Positions 8,606 through 16,918 of a DNA stretch of 64,000 bases are shown here, piece after piece (positions within the stretch are counted from its first letter, which is position 1; every line of letters begins with the position of its first letter). A model generated the notes under the pieces. It saw only the letters and a list, made by a program, of their open reading frames with translations. It did no database searches and had not been told where the DNA came from. The position numbers were made by a program, and so were the translations under genes. Source of the stretch: an uncultured Eubacteriales bacterium (GTDB taxonomy: Bacteria; Acidobacteriota; Aminicenantia; Aminicenantales; Aminicenantaceae); NCBI GenBank assembly GCA_964550165.1, contig CAZJYC010000001.1:71021-135020 (forward strand). The letters run 5' to 3'.

Positions 8606-10743
8606 GAAAAACAGCCGTTTTAGCCATAATCCTTCTAACCTGCTGGGGATGTGCCACATTCAATCGAAGCTATAAGCTGGGAACAAGGGCTGCTTTCAAC
8701 AAAGATTGGGACAAAGCCATAGACTGCTACCAAAAAGCTTCGGAGCAAGACCCCTATAATCCTGTCTACAAGCATGCCCTTCTCCGGGCAAAGCTTGCAG
8801 CCGCTTATTTTCATCTGAACAAAGCCCGCGAGCTTGCCTCGCACGAGAAAACCCAGGAAGCGCTGGCGGAGTACGAGAAAGCGCTCTCTTACGGCGTTTT
8901 GAACAAGGCCATTGCCGACGAGGCCAAAGCGCTCAGCGAAGAAAAAGTCAAGGAAGGCCCCAAGGAAGTTAAAATCGAGCTTCCGGTCAAGCTCAAAGTC
9001 AGCGAGGAAAAGATTGAACTCCGCTTCCCTGTTGGAGCTCCCTTGCGCTCGATTTTTCAGGCCTTGGGCAAGCATGCCCGGATCAACATCATCTTCGACG
9101 ATCAGTTCAGGGATGTCCCCTTTTCCATCGAGCTTGTGGATTTGACTTTTGAGCAGGCCCTCAATCTGCTCTGCCTGGCAACCAGGAATTTTTATACGAT
9201 TGTCGACGAGAGGACAGTGGTCATCTCCCCCGATATGCCTCAAAAAAGGGTTCAATACGAGCTGAACGCGATCAAAACCTTCTATCTCTCCAACATCAAT
9301 GCCGATGAGATTCGCGTCGCCCTGCAGCAGATGCTCCGCACGCAGTATAGGCAGCCCCAGATCTATGTCGATAAAAATCTGAACTCGCTCACCATCAAGG
9401 ACACTGCGGCGGGTGTCGAGCTGGCAGAGAAGATCATCCGCTCCTGGGACAAGGCTAAAGGAGAGGTCATCATCGATCTTGATATCATGGAGGTTTCCAG
9501 GATCAAGCTCAGGCAGCTAGGGATGGAGCTCACATCGCAGATGATTGGCTTGAGATACGGCGGAGGTGAAACCACAGAGGATCTGGGCTGGTTTAACCTG
9601 AAGGATATCGACTTTTCGAAAAAAGAGAATTTCCAGATCGCTATACCTGCCGCTCTTCTTCAATTTTTGGAGTCGGACGTCGACACCAGGGTCATCTCCC
9701 AGCCCAGGCTACGAGGGCTTGAGGGCGAGGCGATCACCTACCTGGTCGGAGACCAGGTTCCTATTCCACAAACTACGTTTCAACCTTTTGCCGCTGGCGG
9801 AATCAGTCAGCAGCCTGTGGTGAGCTATACCTTCAAGGATGTCGGCATCGATGTCAAGATCAAGCCCAGGATTCATGCCGAGTCCGAGATAACCCTAGAA
9901 CTGGAAATCAAGATCAAATCCCTGGCTGGTGCCGGAGTCGCCGATATTCCGATCATCACCACCAGAGAAGTGAAGAATACGATCCGCCTCAGGGATGGAG
10001 AGACAAACCTTCTGGCCGGGCTGTTGAAAGACGAAGAGAGAACGACCCACGCCGGAATCGCCGGTCTTAAGAACATCCCCATTCTAGGAGGTCTTTTTTC
10101 AAGCACCAAAAAGGCCATACAACAAACCGATGTCGTCTTGACCATCACGCCCCACATCGTCCGCACCATTCCCGTCAGCGAGCAGGATCTGAAGCCTCTC
10201 TGGGTGGGACCCGAAGGAGTTTCCACAGGCGAAAGAGTGAGCGGTGCTATTCCCGAACAGGAGCTCATCGAGCGGAGGGCAAAGCTCGGAGTCGAACAGG
10301 AGGAGGCGGCCAGAAGAGCAGAGCGGGGACAGAGCCGGATTTTCCTGACTCCTGCCAGTGCCCGGGTTGCCCAGAATCAGGAATTCCGGGTCAACCTCAA
10401 CCTCAGCACTCAGGGCGAGATTGCCAATATGTCTCTGAGCATCAGCTTTGATGCCCAGCTCCTGAAGCTCAAAGATGCGGTCAAGGGAGGATTCCTGGGC
10501 CAGCTCGGCGCTGAAGTGCCTTTCTTGAAAAATATCGATAATGCTTCCGGGTCTTGCATTATCGGCTTTTCCAGCCCCGAGGTAGGACGCGGGGCGAAAG
10601 GGACAGGTGTCGTTGCCACGCTTATCTTTGAAGCCCAGAACATGGGTGAGGGCGCTATCGCGGTGACCGATGCCTCGGCGAACACCGTTGCCGGGGAAAC
10701 TTTGAGTTTCGAAACCGGCGAAGCCCGTGTCTTCGTCCGCTAA
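8602..10743 (+). CDS. pilQ: Secretin PilQ with an N-terminal lipoprotein/TPR module and a C-terminal extension of about 190 aa
   Basis: Lipobox LLTC followed by TPR-like helices. Secretin core carries GETNLLAGLLKDEERTTHAGIAGLKNIPILGGLFS...VVLTITPHIV. The beta-rich tail begins near residue 525. Confidence 0.85.
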   Translation: MRKTAVLAIILLTCWGCATFNRSYKLGTRAAFNKDWDKAIDCYQKASEQDPYNPVYKHALLRAKLAAAYFHLNKARELASHEKTQEALAEYEKALSYGVLNKAIADEAKALSEEKVKEGPKEVKIELPVKLKVSEEKIELRFPVGAPLRSIFQALGKHARINIIFDDQFRDVPFSIELVDLTFEQALNLLCLATRNFYTIVDERTVVISPDMPQKRVQYELNAIKTFYLSNINADEIRVALQQMLRTQYRQPQIYVDKNLNSLTIKDTAAGVELAEKIIRSWDKAKGEVIIDLDIMEVSRIKLRQLGMELTSQMIGLRYGGGETTEDLGWFNLKDIDFSKKENFQIAIPAALLQFLESDVDTRVISQPRLRGLEGEAITYLVGDQVPIPQTTFQPFAAGGISQQPVVSYTFKDVGIDVKIKPRIHAESEITLELEIKIKSLAGAGVADIPIITTREVKNTIRLRDGETNLLAGLLKDEERTTHAGIAGLKNIPILGGLFSSTKKAIQQTDVVLTITPHIVRTIPVSEQDLKPLWVGPEGVSTGERVSGAIPEQELIERRAKLGVEQEEAARRAERGQSRIFLTPASARVAQNQEFRVNLNLSTQGEIANMSLSISFDAQLLKLKDAVKGGFLGQLGAEVPFLKNIDNASGSCIIGFSSPEVGRGAKGTGVVATLIFEAQNMGEGAIAVTDASANTVAGETLSFETGEARVFVR

Positions 10744-10794
10744 ATTGACTTCCCAGGGGCATTCGGCTAGAATCTAACCCTTCCGGCGGTGTAG

Positions 10795-10868
10795 CTCAGG
10801 TGGTTAGAGCATGCGGCTCATATCCGCAGTGTCGGGGGTTCGAATCCCTCCACCGCCACTTTAAAACC
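10795..10868 (+). tRNA. tRNA with CAT anticodon, either elongator Met or Ile2 (lysidine)
   Basis: Cloverleaf GGCGGTG/CACCGCC acceptor stem, D-arm GTAGCTCAGGTGGTTAGAGC, anticodon loop CTCATAT, T-arm GGTTCGAATCC. G1-C72 pairs, so it is not an initiator. It lies directly upstream of tilS. Confidence 0.85.
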
Positions 10869-10974
10869 GCTCTTGGAAAGCAGCGGTGAATCGAAGATTT
10901 CTTTGGCCTAACGGAGAAAACGTGCTTCGCCGTTCTCCCAACGAGGGTAGCGCAGGCCTCCAGAAGGAAATGCG

Positions 10975-12402
10975 TTGAGTTTCACTTCCAAAAAATCCCC
11001 GAACGAGAAGTCCGGCCCCAGGATTTTCACCAAAGTCAAAAAGACAATCCTTGGTCACGGCCTCTTCCGAAAAAAAGACAGAATTCTCATCGCCTGCTCC
11101 GGGGGGGTGGATTCCACGGCCCTGCTTCACATTCTCCTCGACCTCAGCCAGGAATGGTCTTTTGAGCTTTTTCTGGGCCATTTCAACCACAGGCTGCGAA
11201 GCACGGCCGACAGGGACGAGCGGTTTGTGCGGCGCATGGCCAAGAAATATTCTCTTCCTCTCTTTGTTGGAAGGCAGGATGTCCGCTCCTATGCGCGGAA
11301 AAAGAAATTGAACATTGAGGAGGCGGGAAGGGAGCTCCGCTATCGCTTTTTGAAGAGAACCGCGGCCAGAATCGGCACCGGCAAAATCGCCACCGGCCAC
11401 ACCATGAGCGACCAGGCAGAGACCTTTTTGATGAGGCTTTTAAGGGGAAGCGGGCTTCGCGGGCTGGCGGGAATCTACCCGGCAGTGGAAGGGATGGTGG
11501 TCAGGCCTCTGCTTGAGGTTGAGCGCGAAGAGATCGAAAATTACCTCAAAGCCCAGGGAATAGAGTTCCGCTTCGACGAAAGCAACCTCGACCGCCGCTA
11601 CTTACGGAACAGAATCAGATTGGAGCTCATTCCTTACCTCGAAGAGAATTTTGAGCCCGGGATTGTCTCTCAACTGGGGAAAATAGCTTCCATCATTCGT
11701 GAAGAAGACACTTTTTTGGAAAAACTCTCCGAAAGAGAGGCGAAAAAGCTGATCATGAAAAAAGGCAACGAGCTCTTTCTGAACGCCAAATCTCTTCGCC
11801 TTTTGCCCCTTGCGCTTTCGAGGCGTATCGTCAGGAATTTCCTCTCCGAGCTCAGGGGAAGCCTGAGAGGCGTCTCTTTCGAGGACGTGGAGGGAGTTTT
11901 GAGCCTTGGCGAGGGGAAGGGCTATCCTCTGAGAAGAGACTTTGTTCTGCGGAGAGAACGCGGTTGGATCTCTAAGAGCAAAAAAACGCCTAAAATTCCG
12001 TTTGAATACCTCTGGAGCGGAAAAGTCCCCCTGGACATCGAAGAGATTCATTTGAAATTCAAGGGAAAAAAGATGGGGAGCAAGAGTTGCAGTCGCTTTG
12101 ATTTTGACGACTGCACCAGGGTGTATCTTAACTCCAATAAACTGAAATTTCCGCTCTGTGTCCGAAACAGGCGTGAGGGCGACCGCTACCATCCCCTGGG
12201 AGCTCCCGGCAAAAAAAAACTGAAGGAGGTCTTCCGGGCGAAAGAAATTCCCCCCTCGGAAAGGGAAAGATGCCCTGTTTTTCTCTCCAGAGGAGAGATC
12301 GTCTGGGCTCTTGGCCTGCCTGTCAGCGAGAGGTTTAAAATCACAAGAAAAACAAACGAGATCTTCTTGATAGAAAAAGCCTGGCAGGAATTAGCCCTTT
12401 AA
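10975..12402 (+). CDS. tilS: tRNA(Ile)-lysidine synthetase
   Basis: PP-loop ACSGGVDS; 475 aa, a typical TilS length. Confidence 0.8.
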   Translation: MSFTSKKSPNEKSGPRIFTKVKKTILGHGLFRKKDRILIACSGGVDSTALLHILLDLSQEWSFELFLGHFNHRLRSTADRDERFVRRMAKKYSLPLFVGRQDVRSYARKKKLNIEEAGRELRYRFLKRTAARIGTGKIATGHTMSDQAETFLMRLLRGSGLRGLAGIYPAVEGMVVRPLLEVEREEIENYLKAQGIEFRFDESNLDRRYLRNRIRLELIPYLEENFEPGIVSQLGKIASIIREEDTFLEKLSEREAKKLIMKKGNELFLNAKSLRLLPLALSRRIVRNFLSELRGSLRGVSFEDVEGVLSLGEGKGYPLRRDFVLRRERGWISKSKKTPKIPFEYLWSGKVPLDIEEIHLKFKGKKMGSKSCSRFDFDDCTRVYLNSNKLKFPLCVRNRREGDRYHPLGAPGKKKLKEVFRAKEIPPSERERCPVFLSRGEIVWALGLPVSERFKITRKTNEIFLIEKAWQELAL

Positions 12403-12475
12403 GGTGAGAGAATATGCTCCTAGAGGGTAGAATTACGGGGGAAAAAACCCTCTCGAGTTTCATCCTCAAGGAGTA

Positions 12476-12503
12476 TTGACGGAGACGGGAATTAGAGTAT
12501 ATT
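12476..12503 (+). promoter_or_regulatory. Candidate sigma-70 promoter upstream of the pilin genes: TTGACG, 16-nt spacer, TATATT
   Basis: Motif match only, about 105 bp upstream of the 12608 start. Confidence 0.3.
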
Positions 12504-12607
12504 TATTACAGTTATTTTTTAGAGGAAAAAGACTGAGAAATGAAGCAAGCTGCCACGACAAAATAGAGTGGATTTAATTTTCTTATTTTTCGCAGGAGAA
12601 GAGGACG

Positions 12608-13012
12608 ATGGCTAAAAGAAAAAACGAAGAAAAAGGTTTTACCCTCATCGAAGTCCTGATCACCATCATGGTTTTGGCCGTGGTTTTGATTGCGCTCATC
12701 ACCTGCTTCATCTACGGTTTCAACATTTTGACGCGAATGAAACAGACGGCTATGGCCACCCAGTGCGTCCAGGAAGAGCTGGAAAACATCCGGAATAAAA
12801 CTTATGATGAGATCCTGGTCATGGATTCCACCTGGACCCATACGAATTTCTCCTACATGGAAAATGCGACTGGAGCCAGGGCTCTGGAAGATTCAGGGAT
12901 TGGCGATGACATCAAGAAACTGACGGTCAGCCTGACCTGGGATTACAGAGGACGGACACTCCGGGAAGACATCGTCACCTACATCACCCGAGAAGGTATC
13001 AATAAAAAATAA
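12608..13012 (+). CDS. Prepilin-type N-terminal cleavage/methylation domain protein, either a type IV pilin or a GspI/PilV-like minor pilin
   Basis: KGFTLIEVLITIMVLAVV N-terminus with G-1, F+1 and E+5; 134 aa. Confidence 0.75.
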   Translation: MAKRKNEEKGFTLIEVLITIMVLAVVLIALITCFIYGFNILTRMKQTAMATQCVQEELENIRNKTYDEILVMDSTWTHTNFSYMENATGARALEDSGIGDDIKKLTVSLTWDYRGRTLREDIVTYITREGINKK

Positions 13013-13028
13013 AAAAGTCGAGGATGCC

Positions 13029-13631
13029 ATGAATGTCAAGAAAAACAAAGCCAAGACCAAGGGTTTCACCCTTGTTGAACTTTTGGTGGTCGTGGCCATC
13101 ATCGCGGTTATCGTTCTCTCTCTCGTTGCCCTCTACTCCTCCGGCCAGCGTTATTTCATCACCGAGAGCGCCAGGACCGACATGCTTCAGGACAGCCGCT
13201 TTGTCCTGAACTGGATCTCAAGGGATATCAAAGAGGCTATTCAGGTCATTCCGAGCTGGGGGAGTTACACCACTGCCACCGACTGCCTTGTCCTCGAAAT
13301 CCCTTCCATCGATGCGAACGGCCTGATTATCGACATCGCCAATGATTTCGACTACATCGTCTACCGCCTGAATCCTGACCATCCTCAATGGTTGGAGAGA
13401 ATCGTTGATGCCAAGGACGGAGTCAGCTTCAAAGCCGACAGCACACGGCTTATAGCCAAAAACGTTGATTCCTTCACTCTAAGCTCTGAGGGTGTGGCGC
13501 TCTCGTCTGTGGGCGACTTTTCCGCGGTTTCGAACATTAATATCTCGATGACAACACGGCAGACCATATTCTCCAAAACCTACCAGGAGACGCTCAAGAC
13601 CGAGGTCAAGATGCGGAACAAGGGGAGTTAA
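13029..13631 (+). CDS. Prepilin-type minor pilin, GspJ/PilW-like
   Basis: KGFTLVELLVVVAIIAVI N-terminus; 200 aa. Confidence 0.7.
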   Translation: MNVKKNKAKTKGFTLVELLVVVAIIAVIVLSLVALYSSGQRYFITESARTDMLQDSRFVLNWISRDIKEAIQVIPSWGSYTTATDCLVLEIPSIDANGLIIDIANDFDYIVYRLNPDHPQWLERIVDAKDGVSFKADSTRLIAKNVDSFTLSSEGVALSSVGDFSAVSNINISMTTRQTIFSKTYQETLKTEVKMRNKGS

Positions 13632-13709
13632 ATGAATTTTAAAGGCGAAGAAAATCCTTCCATCCGAAGCGGGGAAGGAGGAAATAAATCGAGCCAAGGA
13701 GGCAAAGAA

Positions 13710-14981
13710 ATGAGTCAAACAAAAACAACATCCCGGCCTAAAGAGCGGGGCTTTATTCTGGTTCTGGGCATGATCATCATGGCCTTCCTGCTTCTTCTGG
13801 CCGTGCCTTTTCTTTTCCAGCTCAGCACGGAAAACAGGATGACCAAAAAATCCTACAAATCCGTCTCAGCCTTGACGCTGGCTGAGGCTGGGATAGAAAG
13901 GGCCATCTGGGAATTGAACTACGGAGACATCTCCAGCTGGGCTGGGGATGACACCCTGCGCACCATGACCATCAACGACTTCCAGACTTCCGGCGGGACT
14001 GTCATCGGCGATATCGTGATCAACGTCGCTGATCCGGCGCTTGACGACGTGATCGTGGAATCAACCGGAAGCGTGGCTTTAAGCCCTTCGAATATTGTCT
14101 CCAAAACAGTCCGGGTGCAATTGCACAGGGATAATTTTCAGCCCTTTGATTTCGGACTCTTTGGGGTAACTAAATCACTGATAGGCCCGCAGTCCTTCGC
14201 GAATAGTTGTAATACAAAAACGGGCCAGACGAACCTCAAGAACTGTCCGATGGGTTCAAATTCTACGGCTTCCGGAGCCGTCAAAGTGGATATCTGGGCA
14301 ACATTGTACGGAAGTGCCTACTGCGGAGAGGACGGCAACCCGGCCACAGCCATAAATAACAACGGAACAATTACTGGCACGAAATCGGCTATGGATGAAA
14401 GCAAAGTAATTATTTCTGCTCCATCACCTCCAACTCTTCCTAATAAGGGCGCGCTTGTTGTTCCGGACAATTCAACCATTACCATAACAGAGGATGCGGA
14501 ATATGACAGTATCTTTATCGGCACTAAGGCCACACTCCGGATAGAGGGCGATCGGACTATATACGTAAAAGGTATATTTGATGTCGGCGGCGGTAATGGC
14601 TATTGGTCCCGAATGACTATTCCTAGTAATGGCAGCGCTGTCGTATATCTCGGTGGAAGTCTTAAAACAGGTGCCCAATGCGATATCAATAATACTCGAG
14701 ACCCAGAAAAGCTCGTTTTTATGACTACAGAGTCATTCACCGGGGATATTACTATCCAAACCCAGACTCAGTGCAAAGCAGCAATCTATGCGCCGAACGC
14801 TAAGGTAACTGTTCAGGCCCAAGGTGGGCTAAAGGGCGCTCTCGTGGCTAATGAAGCAACGGTCACAGCGCAGGGCGGTTTATATTATGATGAAGCCTTG
14901 AAAGATTTCAAACTGCCGCTTCCCGGTGCTGCCCAGCTTCAGGTTCAATCTTGGCAGCAGGTGGCAAATCCTGGATATTGA
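13710..14981 (+). CDS. Large PilX_N-like pseudopilin-related protein, paralog 1 of 3, with a beta-solenoid-like C-terminal region
   Basis: Start trimmed to MSQTKTT, which follows an AGGAGG RBS. Hydrophobic ERGFILVLGMIIMAFLLLLAVPFLF, then ALTLAEAGIERAIWELNYGD. The C-terminal half has repeated AAIYAPNAKVTV / GALVANEATVTA motifs and ends in the conserved YYDEAL...QSWQQ tail. Confidence 0.6.
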   Translation: MSQTKTTSRPKERGFILVLGMIIMAFLLLLAVPFLFQLSTENRMTKKSYKSVSALTLAEAGIERAIWELNYGDISSWAGDDTLRTMTINDFQTSGGTVIGDIVINVADPALDDVIVESTGSVALSPSNIVSKTVRVQLHRDNFQPFDFGLFGVTKSLIGPQSFANSCNTKTGQTNLKNCPMGSNSTASGAVKVDIWATLYGSAYCGEDGNPATAINNNGTITGTKSAMDESKVIISAPSPPTLPNKGALVVPDNSTITITEDAEYDSIFIGTKATLRIEGDRTIYVKGIFDVGGGNGYWSRMTIPSNGSAVVYLGGSLKTGAQCDINNTRDPEKLVFMTTESFTGDITIQTQTQCKAAIYAPNAKVTVQAQGGLKGALVANEATVTAQGGLYYDEALKDFKLPLPGAAQLQVQSWQQVANPGY

Positions 14982-15117
14982 GAAGCAAGAGCCAACCACT
15001 CTGAATTTTTAAGGAGGACAAGAAGAAAATCCGCGCTGGCAATGACGAAGCCAGTTCCCGGGTGAGCACACTTTTTTTGGGGAATAAAAGAATTGATCAA
15101 TGAGGTAAAGAAAAACG

Positions 15118-16407
15118 ATGAGTCAGATAAAATACAAAAACTTTAGGAGAAGGGACGAACAAGGTTCTGTCCTGATAATCGGTGTGATCGTCATGGTCTT
15201 CTTGCTTATTCTTGCCGTGCCGTTTTTGTTCCGGCTTGGTTCTGAGCGCCGCTCGACTGAAAGGTCCTCCAGCTCCCTGGCAGCTCTCTCGCTGGCCGAG
15301 GCTGGTGTGGAAAGAGCCATATGGGAGTTGAATAAGGGGGATGTATCGGCCTGGAGCGGCGACGATACCATGCGGACCTTGACCATCCACGATTTTCGGA
15401 CATCCGGCGGGAACGTCATCGGCGACATCGCAATAAAAGTTGCAAACCCTGAGAGCGATAATCCCGTAGTGGAATCTACCGGCAGGATTTCCCATTCTGG
15501 CTCTCAAGCCATAACCAGGACTGTCAGAGTTGTATTAGAGCGGTTAAAATGCATCCCTTTCGATGGAGCAGCTTTTGGCAGCCAGCAGGTGACTCTGAAT
15601 TGGGCCACAGTGGATAGTTGGGATTCAAGGCTCGGGAAATACGGGGGTGCGAATGTGGGCTCTGAAGGACACGTGGGCACCAACAGCACAGGAACCGGGG
15701 ATATTAAACTGAATCATGGCTCAAAAGTCCACGGCGATGCTTACGCAGGGTATAAAGGCGACCCAAATAAGGTCATCCAAGAGAATGGAGGGTCGGTCGT
15801 TTATGGTTCAAAGTCGGCTTTGGATGCTCCAAAAGAGATGCCTTCGATTCCTGCTCCTGAAGGCCTTCCTGATAAGGGAAATTTTGTCAAAAGCGGTTTC
15901 GGGACATCTACGCTAACTGAGAGCGGAGCGTATGGAGATTTCGTTGTCAAGGACCATCATAAGCTAACCATTCCAGCAGGATATGACGTTACTATTTATG
16001 TCACAAACAAATTCAATATGGATTGGGGCGGACAGATACAAATTGAGGATGGGGCAAGTCTCAGGATCGTTCTCGGAGATGTAAAGTTCTCTCAAAGCAT
16101 GGGTGCTGCGATAAACAATATGAGTAAGGATCCTACTCGTTGCTTGATACTGGGAACGGATGCGTGCACAAATATAAAAATGGATATGGGTTCTGATTTC
16201 TACGGAGCCATCTACGCGCCGAACGCAACGGTAAGCTACTGGGGTTCACCCTTTATTTATGGTTCCGTTGTGGGTAAGAAGGTGTCGATGGACGCCGTAG
16301 GATATATCCACTATGATGTGGCTTTGCAAGATTTGGACCTTTTCGCTGGATTGGACGTAGCGTTTTTAGTTCAATCCTGGCAGGAAATGGCGTCGCCGAA
16401 GTTATAA
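15118..16407 (+). CDS. Large PilX_N-like pseudopilin-related protein, paralog 2
   Basis: Same N-terminal architecture VLIIGVIVMVFLLILAVPFLFRLGSERR...ALSLAEAGVERAIWELNKGD and the same tail IHYDVAL...QSWQE. Confidence 0.6.
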   Translation: MSQIKYKNFRRRDEQGSVLIIGVIVMVFLLILAVPFLFRLGSERRSTERSSSSLAALSLAEAGVERAIWELNKGDVSAWSGDDTMRTLTIHDFRTSGGNVIGDIAIKVANPESDNPVVESTGRISHSGSQAITRTVRVVLERLKCIPFDGAAFGSQQVTLNWATVDSWDSRLGKYGGANVGSEGHVGTNSTGTGDIKLNHGSKVHGDAYAGYKGDPNKVIQENGGSVVYGSKSALDAPKEMPSIPAPEGLPDKGNFVKSGFGTSTLTESGAYGDFVVKDHHKLTIPAGYDVTIYVTNKFNMDWGGQIQIEDGASLRIVLGDVKFSQSMGAAINNMSKDPTRCLILGTDACTNIKMDMGSDFYGAIYAPNATVSYWGSPFIYGSVVGKKVSMDAVGYIHYDVALQDLDLFAGLDVAFLVQSWQEMASPKL

Positions 16408-16918
16408 GAAGGCACGCAAGCCCCGTTTATGATTGTCTCTCTTTTTTTCCTCATTTTTTCAGCTATGGTTACATTTCGTCCTCAAGAGCAGGAGCGAGTG
16501 ACCGCCATACTCAAAAATTTTAAGCCGGATTTTTGATTCATTCCCCATAAAAAATCCTTCCTTCTAAAAAATTTTCTTTCCTGTATTCCTGAGTGCACGC
16601 AAGTTTATTTTTGAAACAAACCTTTTGAGCCTTCCCTTTCTCTGTTTACAAAATGAATTTGAAAATTTTCCAAATCCTGACGGAGCCTGTTGGCCGGAGA
16701 TTGGAAATTTCCGTTTTTTGAGAACTGGAGCGACTAAACTTTTCGGTTAGGAAGCGGTAAGAAAGGCTAAGGAGATGAAGCCAAGACAATTTTCGCCAAA
16801 ATCACATTTCATCCATTCAAGGCTTCTGCTCGCTCCTCGAGCAGAGAAGGGGAAAAGTCTTTCTTCCATGGGCAGAAGGGATAAGACGGATTTTTATTCC
16901 ATGACGGAGGTCAGCAAA

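Noticed and set aside
8635-9255. 206-aa minus-strand ORF inside pilQ
   Set aside because: Antisense shadow ORF with no motifs; the plus strand encodes conserved secretin sequence.
12403-12607. Sigma-54 promoter upstream of the pilin genes, as in many pilA genes
   Set aside because: No TGGCAC-N5-TTGCW match was found. Only a weak sigma-70-like TTGACG-N16-TATATT is present. A weak TGGCAA-N5-AAGCC lies upstream of PilX-like paralog 2 (about 15040) but lacks the -12 T, so it was not called.
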